Origin: Octopus sinensis
Lineage: Eukaryota
NCBI RefSeq assembly: GCF_006345805.1
Contig: NC_043006.1
Span: 21,142,001 to 21,206,000 of the forward strand
Direction of reading: 5' to 3'
DNA length: 64,000 nucleotides
Position 1 is the first letter of the stretch. Every line of letters begins with the position of its first letter. The notes beneath the pieces were generated by a model. It worked only from the letters and a program-made list of their open reading frames with translations. It was not told where the DNA came from and searched no databases. Shown here piece after piece: positions 1-12,762 of this stretch. A program made the position numbers and the translations under genes.

Positions 1-894
1 TAATATATATATATATATATTTATATATACACATATATGCAAGCATTAATATATGGACGAATGAATGCCCTGGAATGCAGTTCAGATCTAGAGTTGCTTT
101 GAAATACAAAGATATATTCTGTAGTTACAATTGTTATGTCACATAATGCAACATGTTTGACAAATTTAGCAACGGATATTTTCTCTTTTCTTACTAACAT
201 AAAGAAAACCTCTATGTACGTGAAAGTGTATGAGTATATATGTTTGTGTGTATGTGAATGCGTATATAATATGAATACGAATCATCTAGAAAGCAATATT
301 GATTTTATTATATAACGTAGGTAATCATCAATGGTAATCACAATAGATTTTGATGTGATTCATATCTGAGACTGTACGTCCCTCAACAAACACTAATTTC
401 TTTTTTTTTTTTTTGTTTTTGTCGATTTTCTTTTTGTCTACGAATGGCATTAATAAATGAAGTATATTCATTGACTTATCAAATTAGGTAAAGTGGAAAG
501 AAAAAGAGCAGAACTAACAAATAAAGCTGTACTGCAAAGCAACAACAAAGATGGCGACGACGACATTAACATTAGAATGAGCTTGAACAACACAAATAGC
601 AGCAGCAGCAGTAACACGCATGGAAATATATTAAAATAATGAGAGAATAATGGTTGATAATTGAACATTATGAAAGAAAGAACTATAAATATGGAAGTAA
701 GAATAGAATATAAACTAAACATGAAGGCTAAAATAATAAGGGAAACTCTCCATGTAATGAGGAGAATTTTGTGTTCTCTGAATAAGATTTAATGTATTTT
801 TGTCCTTTAAAACTTCTGCGTGTATTTACGCTTTAATTATGGCTCACACGAGCGATGATAAAATATAAGATGGTGGTAACAAAGAGAGTCGTGT

Positions 895-961
<67 letters not shown>

Positions 962-1121
962 AATGTTCAGAAAATAAATTTTTCGTAGACACCATTCGTT
1001 TGGAAAACAACAGTTAAGTTAGTGTTAACACATTTAGTGCAGAGATTATGCAAAGGCAGCCAAAAAATAATAATAAATCTCTGAACGAGGTATAAACAGT
1101 GACTGCACGACAATGTGAGGT

Positions 1122-1647
1122 ATACTTGCCATCTCAATATGGCTAACCACTGAGGGTGGGTGTTACTGTAGCTTGTAGCCCTAGGAGAACATAATCTCCA
1201 GCTGGCTTTAGGCACACTTTCTGTGCACTTATGGTATTTGCAAAGGGAGGTCATCCCTCCCTCGTCAACCTAAGTGATACGCACGGACGGCAGTTACTAG
1301 GTATTGACCTGTCGTCGGCGTACGACAATCACCGGTTTTCGATGAAGGGATGTCCCAATGTAAATACTTTTTATCGTTTTTCCAGTAACTTTTCGTCACT
1401 GATCTCGTAAAACTGTATGCAAGCAATAATAAATCTCTGAACGAGGTATAAACAGGACAGGTCAATACCTAGAAACTGCAGTCCGTGCGTATCACTTAGT
1501 TTGACGAGGGAGGGATGACCTCCCTTTGCAAATACCATAAGGGCAGAGAAAGTGTGCATAAAGCCAGCTGGAGACGATGTTCTCCTGGGACTACAAGCTA
1601 CAGTAACACCCACTCTTAGTGGTTAGCCATATTGAGATGGCAAGTAT
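1122..1647. repeat. Foldback/MITE-like inverted repeat, 192-bp arms (1122-1313, 1456-1647)
   Basis: The arms are diverged reverse complements. A 31-bp direct repeat AATAATAAATCTCTGAACGAGGTATAAACAG lies at 1069-1099 and 1425-1455. Confidence 0.85.
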
Positions 1648-1711
1648 GCCTAAAATATTTATGAGAGAAAAAAAACAAAAAAAAACAAGCAATATTAATT
1701 ATTGACTAAAG

Positions 1712-1921
1712 CAGTGAACTGGCAGATTCGTTAGCGCGCCGGGCAAAATGCTTAGCGACATTTCGTCCGTCCTTACATTCTGAGTCCAAATACGCCGAGG
1801 TCGACTTTCCCTCTCCTCTTTTCGGAGTCGATGAAATAAGTACCAGTTGATCACTGGGTCGATGGGATCGACTTACCCCTCCCCCGAAGTTGCTGGCCTT
1901 GTGCCAAAATTTGAAACCAAT
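1712..1921 (+). mobile_element. tRNA-derived SINE, family A
   Basis: CTGGCAGATTCGTTAGC head, B-box-like GAGTCCAAAT, and GGTCGACTTT...GGGTCGAT body shared with many copies in the window. Confidence 0.8.
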
Positions 1922-2571
1922 GTTAGTCATTGACCAATGACATTTTAATTATTCCTTCCACTACGTGAAGCAATTCTGCATTTGAGGAAGACTTGGTTAC
2001 AATTTCTAGCAACTCCACAGACGAAATAGTTGCTAGTTGATTTGTTATTGCTTTCGTAGCAGCCATATGTTAATGTGATAAACTTCGCGGGAACAAACCC
2101 AACAGAACCCAATTGACACAAAGATCAACCGAGAAGACATTGAATTGGATATGGTCGAAAAGCCTCGACACAGCCTCGTCGGGCAGTCCCTTGGTAGGAG
2201 ACCCAGTGTGTCCCTCACAACTCCGAAAGCAAAAGGAAGAGAGGAAAGCTAAAGAAGCAACTCCTATGGACGTGACCCGGAGAAAGAAAATTAGATGTGA
2301 GTGAAGCCAGCAGGTGCAATTGGTGAGAAACACCAAGGATAAGGTTCAGGAAGGGCTAGATACCTGAGCGAATGATATGCCAACAAAAACAGTTTTCCTT
2401 TCCTTTTTTCGTTTTTCTCCACAATTTATTTCCCACTGATTTGTGTATATTGCATTTCCAAAGTAGGTTACAAAAAATACTGCGAGTTCTGTAGTTAGGA
2501 TTATTTTCTTCAAACGATCGTAGAACTAAAATATCTTGGAATGTTAGATGTTTTATAATGACTCAGATAGT

Positions 2572-2789
2572 GTAAATGTATATAAGGACATGTATAAGGA
2601 TATGTAAATGTATATAAGGACACAGGAAAAATGTGTCAAAGCCATCAGGAGGCGTCGATGCTTCCTAGGGCTAAATATCGGTGGTGTACCCCCTAATGTC
2701 ACGTTCGTGTTAGATTGACAGTATACAACCATTCTATCGCCCCACCACCGTACATGTCTCTACGAGAGATTTAGAAATTAGTATTTCTG

Positions 2790-2790
<1 letters not shown>
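2572..2790. repeat. Dispersed repeat, near-identical to 5160-5347
   Basis: Direct sequence match (GGACACAGGAAAAATGTGTCAAAGCC...GAGATTTAGAAAT). Confidence 0.85.
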
Positions 2791-2878
<88 letters not shown>

Positions 2879-2879
<1 letters not shown>

Positions 2880-3384
2880 TAGCAGTATCGCCCGGCGTTG
2901 TAAGGGAAATAACTATATAAGCATTTTTAGAGAGTTACTTCCCTTATAGATGCCAATTCGGGCTTTCTTAGCCATTTCTGTTTTGTGTGTCTTCAAGCAT
3001 GAAGTCGTTGTTCTAAAAGAACGCTGGTCTCCTTCACAACGCTTTACGACGTTGATTCCTTACACTCCCTTCCCCACAGCTTCACGAGGGAGGGAAGAAG
3101 GGGGAGAAGCAAACAGGTGCAGATGTGACCATGGACGCCAACTCCGCCGCCATCGACACACGAAAAATTATGCATTAAAATGGAATAAAAAATGATGTTA
3201 AATTATTTTTTAAATCGTAGACTCATCGTAGACGCGCGCTAATAGCCAGACGGGCTCGATATGAATCACGACTATAAGATACCCGAATTTGGTTAAACTG
3301 CACCGCAAAATGTGGGAGTAGTTAGGAATCTAAATCGAAGGGGACAGACACTCACACAACTACAGTTTTATATATGTATATAGA
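2879..3384 (-). mobile_element. Non-autonomous Helitron
   Basis: Minus strand starts A|TCTATATACATATATAAAAC and ends CTAG|T. Homologous to 35623-36015; its 3' hairpin is partly deleted. Confidence 0.7.
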
Positions 3385-3897
3385 TATATATATATTTGAC
3401 CGAGTATTTTATTATTCTTTTCCTGTTCGTTTCGTCGTTGGACTGCAGCTATGAAAGAGCCTTGGCATAAGGTTTCTCATTATTAAAGGATTGTCACAAA
3501 TCTTTTAAAACTAATTTCTTATATTAGCACAAATCATTGGTGTAATTAAGAGGTTACAGTCATGTGATGGAATCCTAGTTTTCGCTTTCTACATTATTCT
3601 ATCAAAAGTAGACACTGGAATCCAGATCAAAAGATGACGAAAACGCAGCGGGATGAAGAAACGAAGAAAAACTGTATAATTGGATAAGTTTTGATGGATT
3701 AGTTGACTCGGCTTACTAGTAAGAGCAGCTGTAACTGTGGTGCCATTATAGTAATGGTAGAAAACGAAGCTGGAAGATACAGAGCTTTAGTGTGTGACTA
3801 GTGGTGTGTTAGTGAAAGAAGATCCACCTAGCATTAGATATTATTAGGTGTGTTTGTATGTTTGTTTGTTTGTTTGAGTGTGTGCGTGAATGTGTGC

Positions 3898-3952
<55 letters not shown>

Positions 3953-4852
3953 AGGGGAGAGAAGCGATTTTTCAATATAAGAAATATTCGGACATAAGAC
4001 AAACATGTTTTGTATTTTTGTGTGTGTGTGTTTCGCAGTAACAAGTACTGTTTTTTGCTTTTTTTTCCACTATAAATTAAACATCGAGGCAGCTGGAGAT
4101 GTGTTAACCACAAATATTGTGTGTGTATGTGTGTGGTGTGAGGTGGTGTGGTGTGTGTATGAGTGTGTGATGAAATATCAATCACTACGCCGACAAACAT
4201 TTTCGTAGACAGCCGAGAGCTATGAACAAATAACATTTCTCGTCGCCAAGGGACAATTAGATTTTGTCACGATTTCCACAGTGGACATACGGATGGAATT
4301 TAGCCAGAATAAATGATAGCATAGCAGACTAAAAAGGAATCGTTAATCAGTCATCGAACATTGACAGCAGTGAATTAATTACTTCCAGTGTCGTCAATTA
4401 TACGTGCTAAAGGCATATATTTAATTAGAAAATCTCGATGCTTCAAATGTCATTGGGTCCCAATGTTTCCATAGTAATCAGGAAAGATGAATTTCTTCAA
4501 GAAGGATCACAAAAAGACGAAGCTGAATGCCATGTGCGTTAGCATGTATTCTCAAACAGGATTAATTTATAGCTTATGGTGAACTATAATAACGTTCAGT
4601 TCAACTTCGTACTTCTATTTTTTTGTCACATTTATATGTAATTATTCTCCTAGCTATTGAGAATAAATCAGCTCGCAGATTCACGCAGCTGGACATCTTA
4701 GACTTTTACCTATCTATATCAAAACCCCTCCTTCTGAAAGCCTTAAATTTCGCTAAGCAGTCCACTCACTTATATATAGATATATATATATATATAGATA
4801 TATATATAATATAATACATATATATATATATATATATAATATATTATATATA

Positions 4853-4885
<33 letters not shown>

Positions 4886-4959
4886 CTATATATATATACT
4901 TACATATATATATACATATATACATATGTATATATATATATATATGCATATATACATAT

Positions 4960-5008
<49 letters not shown>

Positions 5009-5015
<7 letters not shown>

Positions 5016-5292
5016 GTTGTATACAGTCAATCTAACACGAACGTGACAGTAGGAGGTACACCACCGCTGTTTAGCCCTAAGAAGCATCGACGCCTCCTGA
5101 TGGCTTTGACACATTTTTTTCTGTCCTTATATACATTTACGAATGTATATAATGTAAATGTAAATGTATATAAGGACACAGGAAAAATGTGTCAAAGCCA
5201 TCAGGAGGCGTCGATGCTTCCTAGGGCTAAACAGCGGTGGTGTACCCCCTACTGTCACGTTCGTGTTAGATTGACAGTATACAACCATTCTA
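5009..5292. repeat. Inverted repeat, ~132-bp arms (5009-5140, 5160-5292), 19-nt spacer
   Basis: Arms are near-perfect reverse complements. Confidence 0.9.
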
Positions 5293-5431
5293 TCGCCCCA
5301 CCATCGTACATGTCTCTACGAGAGATTTAGAAATTTAGTATTTCTGATATATATATATATATTCTTTTTTTTTGCTGAACCCTAATTATATAAAGTATTT
5401 TTAGTGCTCTCAAATTTAAACTTAACGAAAT

Positions 5432-5515
5432 CTTGGGCTGATGACAGGAATGTTGATATAGGTATGTATTTCTAGCATCTCTATATCTAACTAACCCAGA
5501 AACGACGTTCTCAAG
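5432..5515 (+). ncRNA. Type I hammerhead ribozyme fold (base of stem II degenerate)
   Basis: CTTGGG-CTGATGA-[hairpin]-GAA-ACG/A/CGT-T-CTCAAG: 6-bp stem I, intact core, palindromic stem III. Confidence 0.6.
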
Positions 5516-5789
5516 TAATCGATGTACGAGTGATCTTTTGTTATTTTTCCTTCTATACCTACGTGAATTGTTTTTGAGTATACATTGTCTGGGAGACTCT
5601 TCTTATAGTAGAGGAAATAGCTAAATTCTTTGGCTGCTGTTTCTAAAAGTTCGGTGTGTGGTAAAGTAATATTGTTTTTGCTGAACCCTAATTATATAAA
5701 GTAATGTTTTAAATATACCGTAAATGGTCCTTTTACATACTGAACACTGCTTGGTAAAATTATTAATTACTAATTAATTAATTTTACCC

Positions 5790-5820
<31 letters not shown>

Positions 5821-5821
5821 G

Positions 5822-5880
<59 letters not shown>

Positions 5881-6055
5881 TATATTTTATTTTTCTAGTT
5901 TCAGCTCAGAGCTGCGGCCATGCTAATACACCGCCGTTTTGTGTTACACTGTTATTACGACGAACCTCGTCTAATATGTGGCACTTGGTGATGAATGGAG
6001 TTTGATATAGCTACTCTCATTTGCACCTCTTGCCGTGAGGTAGGTTCATCTAGGA

Positions 6056-6255
6056 CTCTTATTCTTTTATTCTTTTATTTGTTTCGCTTTTTGTCGAGCA
6101 AATCGACCTCCGGAATTATTCTTTGTAAGCCTAGTACTTATTCTGTCGGCTTCTTTTGCCGAACCGCTAAGTTACGGGGGCGTAAATATAGCAGCAGCAG
6201 CAGTTGTCAAGCGGTGTTGGGGGGAAAACACAGACACACACACACGTATACATTC

Positions 6256-6288
<33 letters not shown>

Positions 6289-6445
6289 ATATACAACGTG
6301 CTTCTTTCAGTTTCCGTCTACCAAATCCACTCACACGGCTTTGGTCGGCCCGAGGCTATAGTAGAAGACATTTGCCGAAGGTGCCGAGTGCCACACAGTG
6401 GGACTGAACCTGGAACCATGTGGTTGGTAAGCAAGCCACTTCTGC

Positions 6446-6448
<3 letters not shown>
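6056..6448 (-). mobile_element. tRNA-derived SINE, family B
   Basis: Reverse complement of the GGCGCAGGAGTGGC...GGTTCAGTCCC head, body and internal (TA)n seen in other B copies. Confidence 0.85.
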
Positions 6449-6505
<57 letters not shown>

Positions 6506-6603
6506 ATCCAAACATGAAATCACAAAGAGAAAACACAAAAATGCGAGGACGTGGAACAAGTATAGTGTTATTGGACGCTCAGGAAAGGAAAGAAAGAAGG
6601 AGG

Positions 6604-6638
6604 ATTTAACGTTTCGTGCAGAGCTCTTCTTCAGAAAC
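6604..6638 (-). ncRNA. Minimal type I hammerhead-like fold
   Basis: Minus strand GTTT-CTGAAGA-A-G(AGCTCTGCA)C-GAA-ACGT-T-AAAT; weak stem II. Confidence 0.45.
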
Positions 6639-6770
6639 ATAGGAAAACGAAAGATCCAAGGAAGGGAAGACGGAGGGAAAAAATCACCAACGATACACAC
6701 GCGATCATATTTTGAATGTATATATATATATATGTATATATATATATGTATATATATATGTATATATATA

Positions 6771-6990
6771 CTCTTTATCTTTTATTAAACTTTTAATACT
6801 TTTGATATATATTTAAAATAATATAAATTAATTAATTTTATGTATCGGCTTATGTTTTTCATTGTTTGATTTGCCTAATAGTGGTTTTATCTCTAATTTA
6901 ATATAATATAATATAATATATTTTACTATAAAATTGGATTTAATCCTAAATCTGATTTTTCCCTGTAAGTTTGGATTTATTCCCTAATAT
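6771..6990. repeat. AT-rich dispersed repeat (inverted copy at ~17915-18150, partial copy at ~63395-63490)
   Basis: Direct sequence match, e.g. TTGTTTGATTTGCCTAATAGTGGTTTTATCTCTAATTTAAT. Confidence 0.85.
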
Positions 6991-8654
6991 TTTATTGTTA
7001 TTTGACCAAATGTAACGTTGTTAACCATTATGAAGACACATAGTCAGATGGTTCTCAGAAGAGAAATTTAAGGGCAATGAAAAAACAAGAAAATGAAAAT
7101 AAGTATAAAATCTATAAATTATTGTTGGATCACAGATAACAATGACCAAGAAAAATTATAAATAAAGCATTCTAACCGTACCTACCCCATCCTTTTCTTT
7201 GAACAGTAAGAAGTAGTTTGAGGTAGATCTGGCTGTAATATTTAGCAGAACCAGTGGTTACGTACATTTTAACTTTAGCTTAGTGCTTCTCAGTCTGTTA
7301 CAGGTTAAGAGTTCTTCAGGAAAAGAGTTTTAAGAACGCTTCCTCCGCACGCTTTTTTATCTTTTACATTAAAAAAAAACTGGAAGCTGATTATTTAACA
7401 AAAAAAAAACTCTAGGATTTTATCCGCTGCTACGCTGCCGATAACAATACTTGTTAATTAGGCACGTACCTTCTTTCAATAGTAGACTGTTTAAAAGTCT
7501 CGTTACATCTATGACAACAATTTACCTATCAATCCATCACACACGCGTGCAGATACACACACACACGCGTACAGATACACACACACACACACACACACCC
7601 TCTCTCTCTTTCTCTCTCTTTCTCTTTTACTCTGTCCTACTGTATTTCTCTCTTTCTTGAAATAAATTTTAATTCTGTCTTTTCCACAAACACACACACA
7701 CACACACACACACATGCACACACACACTCACATACACACACACACACTGTCTGTCTTTCGGCCTGTCTCTCTCTCTCTCTCACTGAATTTCTCTCTCAAC
7801 AACAACAACAACAACTTGTTATTAAGTTTTTTCTTGAAGTATGTGTTGCGCTGTCTCTATGTTGAAAGATATACAGAAACAGAGAGTGAGAGAGAGAGAG
7901 AGAGAGAGACAGACTGACAGAGACACACATACACACACACAACCCAAAACATAACAATCTCTATTTTTATATAAGGAAAGTCAATTTTTTGAAGCTGTAT
8001 TGTGTTGTGTTGACTTGTTCGTTACTATGATGACAACACTACCTATCAATCTTTCTATCTTTCACACACACAGAATCCCCCTGTCTCTCTCAATGAATTT
8101 CTCTCTCAACAACGTTTCCATCTCTTCTTCTAAACATACGTTGTGGCGTATGTTTTGATTCCACCCCTTTTTCCTCCCTCTTATAGATGTTGTGACGGAC
8201 AGGTAGACGGAGGTCTGTATCTCTTTTATATGTAAGAGTAAACTAATTTTTAAATATGCTAAGTTTGTATAGAATTTTCTAAAGAGTGAAATTATACTAG
8301 ACCATATCACCTGATGTCCTTCCTATTCCTATTCTAAATTTTACTTTTGAAAATGTACTGTAAATGGTGTCTATGTTTTTATTTTTAAGGAAAATCATGA
8401 CCGTTCTAAATACCCTGCATCCCACCCATTGTCCCCTTTAAAATTCCCGAGTTTAAGCGAGAAATGAATACTTCAAATTGTAAGCATAAACATTTCTGTT
8501 GGATTTTGTGCGTAAATATACTAAAATATTTGATGTTGGAATCTTTACCAATCGAGAAGGAAATAAGCTGACATCCGATGAGAATGATGAAAATCTGAAT
8601 TAAGAGTTTTACAACCCAAGTTCTCCCACAAACAGCAATACATACATACATACA

Positions 8655-8836
<182 letters not shown>

Positions 8837-8872
8837 ATGAAAGAATGAGTTGAACGACGATTTAACAAAATT

Positions 8873-8966
8873 CCTTATTCTCGACATATGTTTCGAAGGC
8901 TGCATATTCCTAATTTCGAAGGAATAAGGGGTGCATTATGCCGCCTTCTCATCAGGAAAAACAAGG
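8873..8966 (-). ncRNA. Type I hammerhead ribozyme, canonical core, GUC site
   Basis: Minus strand CCTTGTTTTTC-CTGATGA-GAAGGC...GCCTTC-GAA-ACATATGT-C-GAGAATAAGG. Confidence 0.75.
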
Positions 8967-9147
8967 AACTTATGTCAGCATCAAGATGAGCAAAAACTCT
9001 TAGATGACTGCCCACACAAATTTCCACACGAAAGCACGTGATCTCTGCCCTTGGAATGTAGCTTCAGCCATGTTTTTTCTGACGTGAATTTGCTACCCAG
9101 GTATCGGTTAACCAAATTATCCATACTAAGATAATTCATTAACTACT

Positions 9148-9190
<43 letters not shown>

Positions 9191-9796
9191 GTGTGTGGTG
9201 TGTTGTGTGTGTGGTGTGTGTGTGTGTGTGTATGTGTGTGTGTGTGTATACAGCAGAAATGGGCTGGAAGATAAGTTTCCGCACTTACATGCTTACATGC
9301 TTTTTTAAAGAAAAGAAGAAAAAAAGTCTTTATCGCGACATAAGTAAAAAATATTTAGAAAATAATAAAACTAAACCTGATGTAAAATTCGATGTAATGA
9401 CGTAGAAATAAAACAAAAGAGAAAAGGAATGAGAGAGAGAGAGAGAGAGAGGGGGGGAGGGGAGGGGAGGAGGAACAGAAGGGGAAATAAAATCTATCTT
9501 GATCTTTTACGTAATCAGCAATACAAAAACACCTGTGACAAATTTGTGGTAAACACTACCTAACTATAACATAACAAAAAGAGAAGTACTTGACATGAAA
9601 GGACGCCTGAGACAGAAGATTCCCGCCAACTCAATAAATAAATAAAAATGAATATGTAAATAAATAAATAAGATATGAAAGAAGAAAGAAAAGAAAAGCC
9701 CCCAAAATCAACGAAAAACATGTCATTATATAATGTAAGTGCGATTTTTTGAACTTGTTAAGCGGTTTGTAGGCAAAAACGTTTTATAAAACGTCA

Positions 9797-9959
9797 GGCG
9801 CAGGAGTGGCTGTGTGGTAAGTAGCTTGCTAACCAGCCACATGGTTCCGGGTTCAATCCCACTGCGTGGCATCTTGGGCAAGTGTCTTCTGCTATAGCCC
9901 CGGGCCGACCAATGCCTTGTGAGTGGATTTGGTAGACGGAAACTGAAAGAAGCCTGTCG

Positions 9960-9992
<33 letters not shown>

Positions 9993-10223
9993 GTGTGTGT
10001 GTGCATGTATGTTTGTGTGTCTGTGTTTGTCCCTCTAGCATTGCTTGACAAGCGATGCTAGTGTGTTTATGTCCCCGTCACTTAGCGGTTCGGCAAAAGA
10101 GACTGATAGAATAAGTACTGGGCTTACAAAGAATAAGTCCCGGGGTCGAGTTGCTCGACTAAAGGTGGTGCTCCAGCATGGCCGCAGTCAAATGACTGAA
10201 ACAAGTAAAAGAGTAAAAGAGTA
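9797..10223 (+). mobile_element. SINE family B, full length
   Basis: A box TGGCTGTGTGG, B box GGTTCAATCCC, internal (TA/TG)n, AAAGAGT-repeat tail. Confidence 0.9.
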
Positions 10224-12274
10224 ATTAAAAGTCAAAAATAAATATCAAATCAAAAGAAATAGAAGAATCATGTAAACGTTTATTAAGACATTAACCGAGG
10301 ACGAGAAAAGTAGACCGGAAGAACTTCAGCAATCGTGGTAAGCAACTTCAAGGTGAAAGTAGCGTCGAATAATAAAGAAATCGAAAGCACCAGAAATTGT
10401 GGAAGTTCTGAATTTCTAGTTGTAACTACTCTACTTTATTTTAAACAAAATCATCGTATAAGTCATCACTGCACCATAATGATGACTCGATGGTTCTCGT
10501 CGCTCCAATAGATGAACACGATATATACATCAGATGATAAACAACAGTAAACACCGTTTTATGAAGCACGCAGTTTCAGTGGAGGAATTGACATAACAGC
10601 GGATTTAGTAAAATTCCGCAACTGAAACTTGAATATAGAAAATTTAAAGATTAATTATTAATAAAGAAACAGAAATATGAGACTTAGGCCTAATACAGAC
10701 TGAAAAGACTTTGGAAATTAACGTATTAGACAGAATACAACACACAAATGTAAAAGAATATTAATAATGCAATTAATAAAGAAAAACTAAAAGTAAATGA
10801 AAGGAAGAAGGTAAGAAGTATAATTAAACTAGCTTTCATGATTATTGTAAGATTTAAAATTGCAGTTAAATGACAGAAAAAGACTGGACGGAAAAAAAAA
10901 CAAGAAAAATAAATACTAATTTAGAATACTCCGACCAAAATCTTATAACAGGTATATTTAATACAAATACAGGTTGACCGGGTCTTCTGCGTATAGAAAT
11001 TTACTTAAAATATCTAGAGTGGGAATACCAAAATGTCTAAGAAAGAATTAAAGAGCCTAATACAAATAACAATAAACCAAGGACAAAATTAAACCAAACT
11101 GTTTTCTGTCTTCAAAAATTATAATCCAGAGGGTTAGGTAGCAGACACATGCGTATACGCACACAGTTACGCGCACAGATGAGCGCGTACACAGACTCAG
11201 ACACACACATACGAACAGAAAAGACAGGTAAATAATATCAGCCGTAAGGAATGCATTTATATAAATAGCTGCAGAAACAATTATGTGAAGTAATCAGATA
11301 TTATCGTTACAGCTGTTTCGGATAATCGATGACTACAAGTATAACCATGCATATAATGTAATGAATTCCAATAACATTGTAGGTGTATAAACAGCCAAAA
11401 GTTTGGAAAAAACCCCAACAGTAAAGTCATGATACCTTCATCAAAACACACTTTTTATTGCACATGTTGTTCTTGTCGTTGTTTGTGTTAGTCGGAGCCA
11501 AGTGTGGTGATGTTCATATCGTTGACCGTAGTAGCCAAGCAATTTGCTACCCGGGGGAAAATCATTTCTATTGTAGTTGTACTACATATTTTTCTCTCCC
11601 GTCAAAGTCTGTCTCCGTCTCTCATCGACGACAGAAACTTTACTGTTGTTGTTGTTGCTGCTGTTGGTGCTGCTGCTACTCTTTTTGTTGCTGATAGTGA
11701 TACTGTTCTTGTTGTTGTTCGTAGGGGTCATGGCAGTAGGTGATGGAGGCAGTGTTGTCGGAGTTGTTATTGTTTATGATTGGGATGGTCATCTTGTTTT
11801 ACCTGTTTGCTTGTCTAGTAGTCACGCGAACAGGTGAAGAACTGTCACTCTCTCTCTCTCATTTTTTATGACAAGACACTCCTCTGTCTGTCTCCGTCTC
11901 TCATCGACGACAGAAACTTCATCGAAACTATTTGTTGCTACCATTGAGCAAAAATTCCAAATTTTTCTTTGTGGAATAAAAAATGGAATAAATTAGATAA
12001 GTCCCCCAAGAAATAAGGGGACTGTTAACAAAAAAGTAACTCACCAGCAGAAAAAGGATCCCTTATTCTCCACCCTGTTTGAAAATGATAGGAAGGCACT
12101 GCTATTTTCCGGAGAAAACTGACGATTTTTTAAAAGCAAAAGAAAAAAAAACACACGGAGCCGAGGTGGCTCCCTCGGTTGGCGACTATAATAACGATAA
12201 TGATGATACTATTACTATTACTACTACTACTACTACTACTACTATACTAATAATAATAATAATAATAATAATAG

Positions 12275-12470
12275 TTTCAAATTTTTCCACAAGGACAGCC
12301 ATTTGGGGGGTCGATGTAATCGACCCCAGTTTTTCTTTGGCATTTGATTTATCGACCCCGAAAGGATGAAAGGCAAAGTCGACTTCGGCGGAATTTGAAC
12401 TCAGAACGTAGCGGCGGGCGAAATAACGCTAAGCATTTAGCCCAGCGTGCTAATGATTCTGCCAGCTCAC
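12275..12470 (-). mobile_element. SINE family A
   Basis: Matches the family A consensus; B box GAGTTCAAATTCC on the minus strand. Confidence 0.85.
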
Positions 12471-12471
12471 C

Positions 12472-12532
<61 letters not shown>

Positions 12533-12559
12533 TAATAATAATAATAATCTCTTCTTAGT

Positions 12560-12762
12560 TTGGCACAGGCTAGCAACTTTGAAGGATGGGAATGTTGATT
12601 GCACCTACCCTAGTGCTCAACTGGCATTTATTTCATGGATCCCGAAAGGGAAAAGGTATCGCCGACCTCGGCTGCAGTTGAACTCATATTGTACAGAGCT
12701 TGAAGAAATCTCGCTAAGCATTTTGTCCGATGTGCCAACGACTCAGCTGGCTCGCCACCTCA
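12560..12762 (-). mobile_element. SINE family A, degraded
   Basis: Diverged match to family A. Confidence 0.6.

Noticed and set aside
488-639. Possible terminal exon (KVERKRAELTNKAVLQSNNKDGDDD…*)
   Set aside because: Short, with a weak acceptor lacking a pyrimidine tract and no recognisable homology.
10230-11100. A-rich stretch resembling a very old LINE ORF
   Set aside because: Motifs are too decayed to support a family call.
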